DNA of 64,000 nt, taken from the IMG/VR virus record IMGVR_UViG_3300036715_001865, positions 64,001 to 128,000 of that record. One strand, given 5' to 3'. The notes under the pieces were generated by a model that saw only the letters and a program-made list of their open reading frames with translations, had not been told where the DNA came from and ran no database searches. Below are positions 50,030-58,583 of the stretch, piece after piece (position 1 is the first letter of the stretch; every line of letters starts with the position of its first letter). Origin of the DNA: a virus. Position numbers and translations under genes: made by a program.

Positions 50030-50317
50030 TTAGATACCTACAATTTGTATTTTAGACGTACGTTTGTAATATGCCTTTTCGATCTCTGACGGAATGGTAA
50101 CACACTCAGAACAAATTGCATGTTTATAAAAAATGTGGTCACCTGTTGCATTACAGGCACTCATGGGAACCAAGATTAAACCATAGGTATCAGGACCTGT
50201 TTGTTGTGGTTGAATACCTAGTGGTTCAGATAGAACATAACTTTCCTCTGTTTCTTTTTTTAAACTGCCAATTAGTTCATATCCGTTAACCAATGTAAAT
50301 GCTTTTAATGTGCTCAT
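50030..50317 (-). CDS. Small conserved phage protein, possible Sm-like fold
   Basis: L.NG.ELIG..YVLSEP..LVPM pattern. Confidence 0.45.
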   Translation of the reverse strand: MSTLKAFTLVNGYELIGSLKKETEESYVLSEPLGIQPQQTGPDTYGLILVPMSACNATGDHIFYKHAICSECVTIPSEIEKAYYKRTSKIQIVGI

Positions 50318-50347
50318 GTGTTTCCTTGTTAGGTTGTATTATTTATG

Positions 50348-50893
50348 TTAGTGGAACAGGTGTTTGTAGTCCGGCAATACACTTGCCCGAATTACGTAGT
50401 AATAAGGTATACCATAAAAGATTATTTCAGCAGTAGAATACAATCCCCAATATAAATTGGATGTAGAGTATGTATACTTGAGTAGGTCTGTCACAATATC
50501 TATTACTTTGTTGTTATCATGGAACATTTCAAATAAGGTATCCATAACATGCTGGTAATCTTTACTTGAATTTGTAACTTCAGTACTGTACAAAAATTTA
50601 TACGAGTTAATTGGAAACACGTAAAATAAATCTAAGTCGGCAGTATACGCAGTAGGGGAGGGATAAGCAAATACTGCTCTCTGTCTTAACATTGGTACAC
50701 TAGGTTCAAATGCTTTATTAAAGTAGGAAGAAACTTCATCTACCTCCTTCTTTAATCTAACCTTAACCTTTTGCACATCCTGATAAGTTGACGGCAATGC
50801 TTTATATAATGGAATTTCACCAGACTCTTCTAAAAATATAGAACAATCTCGTTTAATTATATTGATGTGGTGTGATAGCGTTTGTTCATCCAT
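50348..50893 (-). CDS. Conserved hypothetical protein
   Basis: 181-aa ORF; CS.FL..PLYK..FN.AF..LRQRAVFA..FYVFPIN. Confidence 0.55.
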   Translation of the reverse strand: MDEQTLSHHINIIKRDCSIFLEESGEIPLYKALPSTYQDVQKVKVRLKKEVDEVSSYFNKAFEPSVPMLRQRAVFAYPSPTAYTADLDLFYVFPINSYKFLYSTEVTNSSKDYQHVMDTLFEMFHDNNKVIDIVTDLLKYTYSTSNLYWGLYSTAEIIFYGIPYYYVIRASVLPDYKHLFH

Positions 50894-50971
50894 ATATTAT
50901 AAAGTATCCACAGACAGTAATGTTCCCCTTTGATTGGGTATTTATGTCTGTGGATGCTTACAGAAAACTAC

Positions 50972-51256
50972 TTAATCAGCTTGGTTGATAAGTTGTACTA
51001 CTTCATCAATAAACTCATTACACTCAGCAATGTTTTTTTGCAGGATGCTTGGGTGACACATCATCACCTCATTTAATTTGTATGCAAACTCTGTTTGCAA
51101 CAGATATGCCCGATTTGGCCCACTTTTTTCTGTTCTAGCTGCTCGCTCAAGTGAGCTGCAAGCCATATTAAAAGTTTTGCACAGATATCGCACGATTGCA
51201 CTGATATCTTTAATAGGTGCTTGTGGTTTTGGTGCTTTGTTGTATGGTTCAGCCAT
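50972..51256 (-). CDS. Hypothetical protein
   Basis: 94-aa ORF with AGGA SD and an upstream sigma70-like promoter. Confidence 0.55.
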   Translation of the reverse strand: MAEPYNKAPKPQAPIKDISAIVRYLCKTFNMACSSLERAARTEKSGPNRAYLLQTEFAYKLNEVMMCHPSILQKNIAECNEFIDEVVQLINQAD

Positions 51257-51479
51257 GTTGTTTGTCCTTATTTAGAGGATTGAAAGAAATTGTGGTGTCA
51301 ATATTTACTTAATTGACTCGACATATTATACACAAAAAATTTTATTTTACAACGCATCGGTAATATCTATACTTTATAATATATAATGCTTTACGATAAC
51401 ACATGTTGGTTGTCCTGGGAAGTTGTATTTTTTTCTGTAAAAAGTTACAATTATTAAATACTTTTTATAGAAAAAATAC

Positions 51480-51899
51480 ATGAAAGTTACAGAACAAATA
51501 GCATACATGAACATGGCACACATCATATCAACATTGTCCCATTGTCACAAACGAAAGGTGGGATGTGTAATCGTAACAGTATCAAACCGATTAGTTGTTG
51601 GATATAATGGTTCAGCACCAGGTGACTGTAACTGCTGCGAAGATCCGGCTGGGAATACATTGCCCAATATAATACATGCTGAACTTAATGCCTTGAATAA
51701 GGTTGATACAGGAGATGTGACAGGAGCTACTCTATTTGTCACATATTGTCCATGTATTCCATGTATGAAGCAAATTATACAACATGGAATTAAAGAAGTA
51801 TTTTTTGGGTCATATCCAACAAAACAATCAGAGATTGATTTTATGAACAATAGTGGGATTATTTGTTCATACCTTGCCCCCACCATTATAGGAGTTTAA
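51480..51899 (+). CDS. cd: dCMP deaminase
   Basis: RKVGCVIV, GYNG, HAELNAL, PCIPC Zn motifs. Confidence 0.92.
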   Translation: MKVTEQIAYMNMAHIISTLSHCHKRKVGCVIVTVSNRLVVGYNGSAPGDCNCCEDPAGNTLPNIIHAELNALNKVDTGDVTGATLFVTYCPCIPCMKQIIQHGIKEVFFGSYPTKQSEIDFMNNSGIICSYLAPTIIGV

Positions 51900-52075
51900 C
51901 TTAACTATACTTGGGATTTCAACCATTGTAAGTAAATATAATCCCAGGCAGTCAACCCAAATTATTTTTAATTGGGGATTTACAAATTACAAAAATGGGG
52001 ACTGGTGACAGTAGAATAGGATTTATTCTTTTTACCCCTCTTAAATACACAACCAACAAATGGAGTTAGGAAATA

Positions 52076-53893
52076 ATGTCGAAGGAACAGACAGTTTTAC
52101 ACGGAATCACAGTTGATTATTCAAGAGATAACAACTATGACATTATCGGGCTTGAACGGTTGCGTGATTCATACATGCAACAAGGTGAAGTAAGTCCACA
52201 AGAACGGTTAGCATACGTTAGTTACAAATTTTCCAGCAACCCCGAACATGCACAACGACTATATGATTATTCAAGCAAATTTTGGTTTGGATATGCGACT
52301 CCCATTTTATCATTTGGTAGAAACGGGTACGGTTTACCCATCTCATGCTTTTTAAATACCGTCACTGATAGTAAAGAAGGATTAGTGGACACCCAATCTG
52401 AAACTAATTGGTTAAGTATGATGGGCGGTGGTGTTGGAGTGTATTGGGGCATCCGTGGCCAAGACGAAAAATCAGTTGGTGTCATCCCCCATATGAAAAT
52501 ATATGACGATTCAACCTTAGCATACAAGCAAGGAACAACTCGTCGTGGCAGCTATGCTATGTATTTAGATATTAGCCACCCAGATATTATTGAATTCTTG
52601 GAGATGCGCAAAGAAACTGGTGACCCTAGAAGAAAGTGTCTTAATTTACACTATGGGGTTAATATCCCAAACACTTTCATGCAAATAATAGAAAACAGCA
52701 TGAAAGACCTCAACTTTGACGACTCGTGGGAACTAAAAGACCCTTCCACAGGAAAGGTTCATGATGTTGTCAGTGCTAGGTATTTATGGGAAAAGGTGTT
52801 AGAACTTCGTGCTGGACAAGGTAGGGGCGAACCATATATTCACTATATCGATAACAGCAACGATGCGCTTGATCCACACTTAAAAGCTCAAGGGTACAAA
52901 ATTAAACAATCAAACCTGTGTTCAGAAATTTTATTACACACAGATGAGTTTAAAACCGCTGTGTGTTGTTTAAGTTCTATCAATTTGGATCATTGGGATG
53001 AATACTGTGATAATTATCAATTCTTCAAAGATATTATGGAGATGTTGGACAACGTATTGCAATATTTTATTGATACTGCCTCACCTCGTATTAGTAGAGC
53101 AGTTCTATCTGCTGTGGAAGAAAGAAGTATTGGGTTAGGAGTAATGGGATTCCATTCTTACTTACAACAAAATGGTATTCCTTTTGATGGCGTGATGGCA
53201 AAAGTTGCAAATCTGCGAATATTCAAACAATTTCAACAAATGAGAGACAGAGCCAATCTTGAACTGGGAGCTGAAAGAGGCTCACCAAAACTGATGGAAG
53301 GTACAGGGAAGCGATTTGCCCACACTTGTGCATTAGCTCCAACTGCAAGTAATGCACTTATTTGTGGTAATGTTAGTGCTAGTGCTGAAATGTGGAGAGC
53401 TAACGCTTTTAGACAAGATACGATGAGTGGAACATTTATTCAAAAGAACACATATTTGGATAAGTTGATACATGAAAAAGTAGCAGCATCTTCTGATAAG
53501 TTGGACTATGATGAAATTTGGATTAATATAGTTCAAGACGAAGGTAGTATCCAAAATATTGATATTTTCACTGAATTGGAAAAAGACATTTTCAAAACTG
53601 CAGCCGAAGCTGATTCTATGTGGGCAGTTGAGCACGTAACAGATAGACAACCTTTTATTGATCAAGGACAGAGCTTTAATATATTCATTAGACCAGATAT
53701 AAGTATCAAAAGGTTGCATGCTATTCACTTTAGTGCTTGGAAGAAAGGAGCAAAGACGATGTATTATGTACGAGCAGAGAAACTTGCAAACACTGAGAAA
53801 GTATCACAACGGATTGAACGCCGAAGAATTGAAGATGATATCGATTTAGTGGCTATCGTAAACGACGAAGAATGTCTTTCTTGTCATGGTTAA
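52076..53893 (+). CDS. nrdA: Class I ribonucleotide reductase alpha subunit, no ATP cone
   Basis: ATPILS, PISCFL, GGGVG, SNLCSEI, CCLSSINL, APTASN, YYVR, C-terminal CLSC. Confidence 0.96.
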   Translation: MSKEQTVLHGITVDYSRDNNYDIIGLERLRDSYMQQGEVSPQERLAYVSYKFSSNPEHAQRLYDYSSKFWFGYATPILSFGRNGYGLPISCFLNTVTDSKEGLVDTQSETNWLSMMGGGVGVYWGIRGQDEKSVGVIPHMKIYDDSTLAYKQGTTRRGSYAMYLDISHPDIIEFLEMRKETGDPRRKCLNLHYGVNIPNTFMQIIENSMKDLNFDDSWELKDPSTGKVHDVVSARYLWEKVLELRAGQGRGEPYIHYIDNSNDALDPHLKAQGYKIKQSNLCSEILLHTDEFKTAVCCLSSINLDHWDEYCDNYQFFKDIMEMLDNVLQYFIDTASPRISRAVLSAVEERSIGLGVMGFHSYLQQNGIPFDGVMAKVANLRIFKQFQQMRDRANLELGAERGSPKLMEGTGKRFAHTCALAPTASNALICGNVSASAEMWRANAFRQDTMSGTFIQKNTYLDKLIHEKVAASSDKLDYDEIWINIVQDEGSIQNIDIFTELEKDIFKTAAEADSMWAVEHVTDRQPFIDQGQSFNIFIRPDISIKRLHAIHFSAWKKGAKTMYYVRAEKLANTEKVSQRIERRRIEDDIDLVAIVNDEECLSCHG

Positions 53894-53911
53894 ACAATAA
53901 TACACACATAA

Positions 53912-53936
53912 GATGGTGGACACGATGTCCACCATC
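53912..53936 (+). other. Perfect 11-bp hairpin between nrdA and nrdB (no U-tail)
   Basis: gatggtggaca-cga-tgtccaccatc. Confidence 0.6.
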
Positions 53937-53956
53937 ACTACCCAAAGGAATAACAA

Positions 53957-55006
53957 ATGACCAAAAAGAAAATTAAATTAACAGACAGTAGAGATGCTTT
54001 TAAACCTTTTCAATACCCTGAATTTTATGATTTGTGGCTTAAACATGAACAAATTCATTGGAGCCATTCTGTTGTGGCAATGCAACAAGATATCAGAGAT
54101 TGGAAAAATGCTCCGGATAACCAGAGAAATTTCTTAACTCAAATTTTGCGATTGTTTACCCAAGGGGACATCGATGTTGCAGGTGCTTATATTGATAATT
54201 ACCTTCCAATCTTCCCACAACCTGAAATTAGAATGATGTTGTTAGGGTTTGCAGCAAGAGAGGCAGTTCACATTGCAGCATATAGTCACCTGATGGAAAG
54301 TTTGGGTTTTGAAGACTCTGTTTACACAGATTTCTTTCAATATCAAGAAATGGCAGCAAAGCATGATTTTTTCAAACAAATTTCTGGAACAGATCATAAC
54401 CAAATCGTTCAACAAATGTGTGCTGTTAGTTCGTTTACTGAAGGTATGCAATTATTCAGCTCATTTGCAATGCTATTAAACTTTGGTCGTAATAATATGT
54501 TTCCTGGTATGACAAAAATTGTTACTTGGAGTATTATTGATGAAAGTTGTTTAATTAAGGATACAGAGGTATTAACCCCTACAGGGTGGAAACCAATTCA
54601 ACACCTTTCACTATCAGACCAGTTGCTACAATTTGACATCAATACTGGAAATACTGAATTTGTACACCCCACTAATCTAACACACACTACTAGAACAGAG
54701 TCATACGTGTTTGAGTCTGATGATATCTACCAACATACAACATCTGATCACAGGATGATAACAAAGAGTGGTGAAAAATTTGTGGATATTACAGCAGATA
54801 TGATAAATGAGGATAATAACCTATTGATAATATCTGGCTCTAAGTTATCAGGAGATGATATATTAACAGATGAGGACAAGGCAACTATTGAATTAATCAT
54901 AACTGCCCAATATCCTGTTCAATGGATTTATGACAAAATTCCATTTGTATCATCTGAATGGGCCCATTCAGCAGTAGAATATTATTTAATGTTGACAACT
55001 CGTTAA
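53957..55006 (+). CDS. nrdB: RNR beta subunit N-terminal part (197 aa) fused to the N-half of a split intein (152 aa)
   Basis: KPFQYP, FTQGDIDV, REAVHIAAY, TEGMQLFSSF, WSIIDES|CLIKDTEVLT; ends at TAA 55004-55006. Confidence 0.93.
   Translation: MTKKKIKLTDSRDAFKPFQYPEFYDLWLKHEQIHWSHSVVAMQQDIRDWKNAPDNQRNFLTQILRLFTQGDIDVAGAYIDNYLPIFPQPEIRMMLLGFAAREAVHIAAYSHLMESLGFEDSVYTDFFQYQEMAAKHDFFKQISGTDHNQIVQQMCAVSSFTEGMQLFSSFAMLLNFGRNNMFPGMTKIVTWSIIDESCLIKDTEVLTPTGWKPIQHLSLSDQLLQFDINTGNTEFVHPTNLTHTTRTESYVFESDDIYQHTTSDHRMITKSGEKFVDITADMINEDNNLLIISGSKLSGDDILTDEDKATIELIITAQYPVQWIYDKIPFVSSEWAHSAVEYYLMLTTR
54548..55003 (+). mobile_element. Split intein, N-fragment
   Basis: Cys1 block A CLIKDTEVLTPTGW, block B TSDHRM; no block F/G before the stop. 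Confidence 0.88.
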
Positions 55007-55028
55007 TTGGAGTATCATCGTCCAGTAA

Positions 55029-55036
55029 TATAAATA
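55029..55036 (+). promoter_or_regulatory. Late promoter TATAAATA for the GIY-YIG endonuclease and nrdB-C
   Basis: Exact box 33 nt before the ATG at 55069; AGGAGA SD at 55059-55064. Confidence 0.75.
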
Positions 55037-55068
55037 CATACACAAACCAAGTTACCACAGGAGAGTGT

Positions 55069-55917
55069 ATGCATTACATAATATACAAGACAACAAATAC
55101 TACTAATGGAAAGATTTATATTGGGTTACACAAACAACTTGCGTTAGATTTTGATGGATATTATGGAAGTGGAACAATATTAAAACGAAGTATTGATAAA
55201 CACGGAATTGATAATTTTAAAAGGGAGACATTGTTTGTGTTTGATACCTTAGCTGAAGTAAGAGCCAAGGAGAAAGAATTGGTAACTGAGGAGTTTTGTA
55301 CCAGGTCAGATAATTATAATATTTCTGTTGGTGGAACAGGAGGTAACACCACAGCAGGTTTAACACCACAACAGAAGATGCTCATAAGCGAAAAAACCAA
55401 ACAGGTAAAATTAGAAAAAGGCTCCAACATTTATAGTGGTGAGAAGTTAAAAAATGCCCAAATTAGAATGAAAAATATACGAATTCAACCTGATAATAGA
55501 GGGTTATGTAGGTCCCAGGAATTAAAGGATAGGTGGTCAACTACCAAAAAAGACAAACACCTAAAGTGGATTACAGATGGTGACACATCTAGGTTGATTC
55601 ACTCAACTGATATCATACCAAATAGTTGGAACATTGGTCGAGATCCTAACTATAAACGGTTTACTGCTCACACACAAGAATCTAAAAATATTATATCTAA
55701 AAAAATTAAAGGAGACAAATGTTATAATAATGGGATAGTCAATTTAAAGTTAAAAGTAGGACAATCACCTCCAGATGGGTTTAAATTAGGTATGATACAA
55801 CACCATCTTCCCAAACATTGGATAACCAATGGTACAATAAATAAAAAACATTTAACCAACACCTCTATACCAACCGGTTGGTATAGAGGTCGAACCATAG
55901 GAAAAAAATATGAATAA
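55069..55917 (+). CDS. Free-standing GIY-YIG (Seg-like) homing endonuclease inside nrdB
   Basis: YIIYKTTN..GKIYIGLH..YYGSG..RE.L..YN; three C-terminal W/Y-x-x-[DN]G..P.GW..GR repeats. Confidence 0.9.
   Translation: MHYIIYKTTNTTNGKIYIGLHKQLALDFDGYYGSGTILKRSIDKHGIDNFKRETLFVFDTLAEVRAKEKELVTEEFCTRSDNYNISVGGTGGNTTAGLTPQQKMLISEKTKQVKLEKGSNIYSGEKLKNAQIRMKNIRIQPDNRGLCRSQELKDRWSTTKKDKHLKWITDGDTSRLIHSTDIIPNSWNIGRDPNYKRFTAHTQESKNIISKKIKGDKCYNNGIVNLKLKVGQSPPDGFKLGMIQHHLPKHWITNGTINKKHLTNTSIPTGWYRGRTIGKKYE
55861..55890. repeat. Perfect 30-bp palindrome
   Basis: acctctataccaacc|ggttggtatagaggt, checked base by base. Confidence 0.95.
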
Positions 55918-56113
55918 CACAATTTTAGAAGCATTCAATACACTCGCCAATGTAGCAGGTGGTACAATAAAGGACAATCAGCTTATTAAAACCCCTACTA
56001 CTAAATTTAATAAACAACACATTACCCACGAGCCTTTAGAGTTCTATTGTGCTACTGTGCCTGGTACTGCATTTGTAATTAGGTCAAAAGGAAAAATATC
56101 AGTAACTGGTAAT
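55910..56113 (+). mobile_element. Split intein, C-fragment
   Basis: Blocks F/G ending GN, followed by a Cys+1 nucleophile. Confidence 0.88.
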
Positions 56114-56515
56114 TGCCACTGTGAAGGTATGACCAAATTATTCAGAACATTCATCAAAGAAAATAGAGAAATTTGGACAGATGAACTAAAAGCACAGTTA
56201 TATGGCATCGCTGAAAAAATGGTCGAATTGGAAGATGGATTTATTAATTTGGCATATGGGGTAATGGACGGAAGTGAGTTTAAACTCCCCCTTTATAAAG
56301 AGGACATGCACAAATATATCAGATATATTGCTGATAGACGACTAATTGCTTTGGGGTTGAAAGGTATCTTCAAACACAAAAAGAATCCTCTGCCTTGGAT
56401 TGACGAAATGTTAGTGTTACCTTCACATAGTAACTTTTTTGAACAAGAAGAGAGCTCCTATAGCAAGGGCGCTCTTACAGGCAACTGGGATGACGTGTGG
56501 GGTACTGTGTCATAA
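55910..56515 (+). CDS. nrdB: C-half of the split intein (68 aa) fused to the RNR beta subunit C-terminal part (133 aa)
   Basis: Own ATG and AGGA SD; EFYCATVPGTAFVIRSKGKISVTGN|CHCEGM; E..FI, Y.RYIADRRL, NPLPW, NFFE..Y. Confidence 0.92.
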   Translation: MNNTILEAFNTLANVAGGTIKDNQLIKTPTTKFNKQHITHEPLEFYCATVPGTAFVIRSKGKISVTGNCHCEGMTKLFRTFIKENREIWTDELKAQLYGIAEKMVELEDGFINLAYGVMDGSEFKLPLYKEDMHKYIRYIADRRLIALGLKGIFKHKKNPLPWIDEMLVLPSHSNFFEQEESSYSKGALTGNWDDVWGTVS

Positions 56516-56519
56516 CTCG

Positions 56520-56577
56520 TTGATTTATTGACACGAATATAGTAAAATCCCAGTTAATACAAATTAACTGGGATTTT
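56520..56577 (+). terminator. 15-bp perfect hairpin with U-tail after nrdB, overlapped by a TTGATT-N17-TAAAAT promoter
   Basis: aaaatcccagttaat-acaa-attaactgggatttt (56544-56577); promoter 56520-56548. Confidence 0.7.
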
Positions 56578-56580
56578 TTT

Positions 56581-57663
56581 ATGGCTACAAAAACAGAAGC
56601 ATTCATCGGCAAGGCGTCAGCTATTCATCAACACAAATATGATTATACATTAGTTGAGTATATTAACAATTCGACTAATGTGATAATTATATGTCCCATC
56701 CACGGAAGATTTACTCAACGTCCAGGAAACCATTTAAGCGGTGCTCAATGTAAGGAGTGCTCAAAGCTCAATAGAGCCGCTACAAATTTAGAAAAATATG
56801 GCCATCCAAATATTGCTCACGGCACAAAGAAAGATAAAATATCAACTACCAATATCGAGCGGTATGGTGTATCACAATCTGCTGCAAGTTCAAATAACAT
56901 CAAAAAACGAAAACAAACATTGTTGGGTAGATATGGGGTAGATAATCCATCTAAAATCTTACAATTTCAAGAAAAACGAAAACAAACCTTTTTAGATAGA
57001 TATGGAGCTGATAACCCATCTAATGTATTGTTGTTTCAAGAAAAACGAAAGCAAACTTTTTTAGATAGATATGGAGTACCAAGCTCATTTAAACGTTTAG
57101 ATAGCATAGAAAAGAGTCGCAACACTTGTATACAACAATACGGAGTGCCACACCACACCCAACGAAATATTAGTCCAACAATTTTAAATAATATATCTGA
57201 TTTTGATTGGTTATATGACCAATATATCACTCAACAAAAATCAGCTACAAAAATAGCAATCGAGCTAGGGGTGACAACAAAAACAATATGCACTTACCTG
57301 AAGAGACAAGAAATAACATTACGAAGAATGGTTAAATTCTCGTGGATGTGCATTGATTGGTTGGATTCTATAATGGACAAAGATAACATATTAATTGTAC
57401 ATTCTCTCAACAGTGGAGAATACAATATACCAAATACCAAACTACATGTGGACGGGTTTTGTGAAGCAACAAATACTGTGTATGAATTTCACGGGGATTA
57501 TTGGCACGGAAATCCAACTAAGTACCACCCTGATAGACTTAATACTACTACAAATTCCACAATGGGTGAGCTATACAAAAAAACCATTGAACGGGAAGAA
57601 AAAATTCGAGAACTTGGATATGAATTGGTGATTATGTGGGAATCTGATTTTAACAACCACTAA
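56581..57663 (+). CDS. Homing-endonuclease-like protein, paralogue of 35241-36359
   Basis: KYDY..CPIHG.F.Q.PGNHL..CKEC; RYG repeats; HVDGFCEATNTVYEFHGDYWHG. Confidence 0.75.
   Translation: MATKTEAFIGKASAIHQHKYDYTLVEYINNSTNVIIICPIHGRFTQRPGNHLSGAQCKECSKLNRAATNLEKYGHPNIAHGTKKDKISTTNIERYGVSQSAASSNNIKKRKQTLLGRYGVDNPSKILQFQEKRKQTFLDRYGADNPSNVLLFQEKRKQTFLDRYGVPSSFKRLDSIEKSRNTCIQQYGVPHHTQRNISPTILNNISDFDWLYDQYITQQKSATKIAIELGVTTKTICTYLKRQEITLRRMVKFSWMCIDWLDSIMDKDNILIVHSLNSGEYNIPNTKLHVDGFCEATNTVYEFHGDYWHGNPTKYHPDRLNTTTNSTMGELYKKTIEREEKIRELGYELVIMWESDFNNH
56896..57080 (+). repeat. 69-bp (23-aa) coding tandem repeat
   Basis: tttcaagaaaaacgaaa.caaac.tttttagatagatatggag at 56965 and 57034; (F)QEKRKQTFLDRYG.DNPS units. 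Confidence 0.8.
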
Positions 57664-57686
57664 ATAAACCCCAATTGGGTTTTATT
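57661..57686. terminator. Bidirectional terminator-like hairpin between convergent genes
   Basis: aaataaaccccaattgggttttattt. Confidence 0.45.
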
Positions 57687-58518
57687 TTACCCCCTCTTCC
57701 AATAAAAGCCAATATATAACTTGTTGGCTTTTATTGCTCCAGATATCGCTCCACTATATAACCCAAACTGTTTTTTCAATTTCTCCCATAGTATTCCAAA
57801 CTTTAACAAGTTCACCATCTATTGTTAGTTGTTGAACTTGTTTTCCACTCCTTTTAGATGGAGTTAATCTAATATCATTTAACTCTTTTATGTTGATTAA
57901 TTTATTATCTAGTACATCCAAATCACCAACCAATCTCCAATAAAACCTCCAACAGTTTGATACTTATATTTTCTAACTGCTACGCTAATATTTCTCCAAG
58001 ATTTTATCTCCAAATCAATGCCTGCTTGTCTCGACGATTTCCATTCTTTTATAACTTCTCCTGTTATAGCATCTATTTGATAGATTTGTTTATCAGTAGC
58101 GTTTCCACCAGGGTTATTTTCTTTCATCTTTTGTTGATGTTGTTCTGTGTGTTTAGTAGGAATAATTTCTCCTGCTTGGATTAGTGCTTTTCTTGTTTGA
58201 CTTATTCTTTGTTGGAAGGTTCGTTATATTTGTGTTTATATCCTCTTCCCCCTGCCTCTAAATTTAAACACATTTTATCATTTAAGATATCTTCTGTTAG
58301 TATTTGATTTTCAACCAAAAATGCTTCTTCTCTTGTCAGACACATTTGTAGTATTTCCCTGGAAAAACATCTCTACCATATTTTTTGATGTAGTTTAACA
58401 TTTTAATACCAGAACCGAGGTAATTATCAGTTAGAATGTTGGTGGAATGAACCGCAATATAAAAATGTTGGGTTAATATACAAGTTGTTTTGTACACACA
58501 ATGGTATTGTTTAGTCAT
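57687..58518 (-). pseudogene. Frameshifted GIY-YIG + 2x NUMOD1 homing endonuclease
   Basis: CVYKTT..FYIAVH..YLGSG; four single-base indels (~58365, ~58239, ~57943, ~57773) restore one ORF ending ..GFYWKRG*. Confidence 0.85.
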
Positions 58519-58572
58519 TGTTGATTTAATTTAAAATATATATTATAATATATTTTTACACAACAATCAACA
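58519..58572. promoter_or_regulatory. Near-palindromic divergent promoter pair, TTGATT-N17-TATAAT on both strands
   Basis: + strand 58521-58549; - strand 58570-58542. Confidence 0.7.
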
Positions 58573-58583
58573 AGGAACCAAAA

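Noticed and set aside
54992-55018. Sigma70 promoter TTGACA..TATCAT before the GIY-YIG gene
   Set aside because: The spacer is 15 nt, too short; the TATAAATA late box explains the region better.
54900-56050. Group I intron carrying the GIY-YIG ORF inside nrdB
   Set aside because: Only 62 nt separate the upstream stop from the ORF start, and the ORF stop overlaps a new ATG with its own SD. I could not see P7-type R/S core elements. The layout fits a free-standing gene, though Infernal or RT-PCR is needed to exclude an intron fully.
56896-57080. CRISPR-like array suggested by 69-bp periodic repeats
   Set aside because: The repeats are in-frame 23-aa units inside an ORF, have no unique spacers, and no cas genes are nearby.
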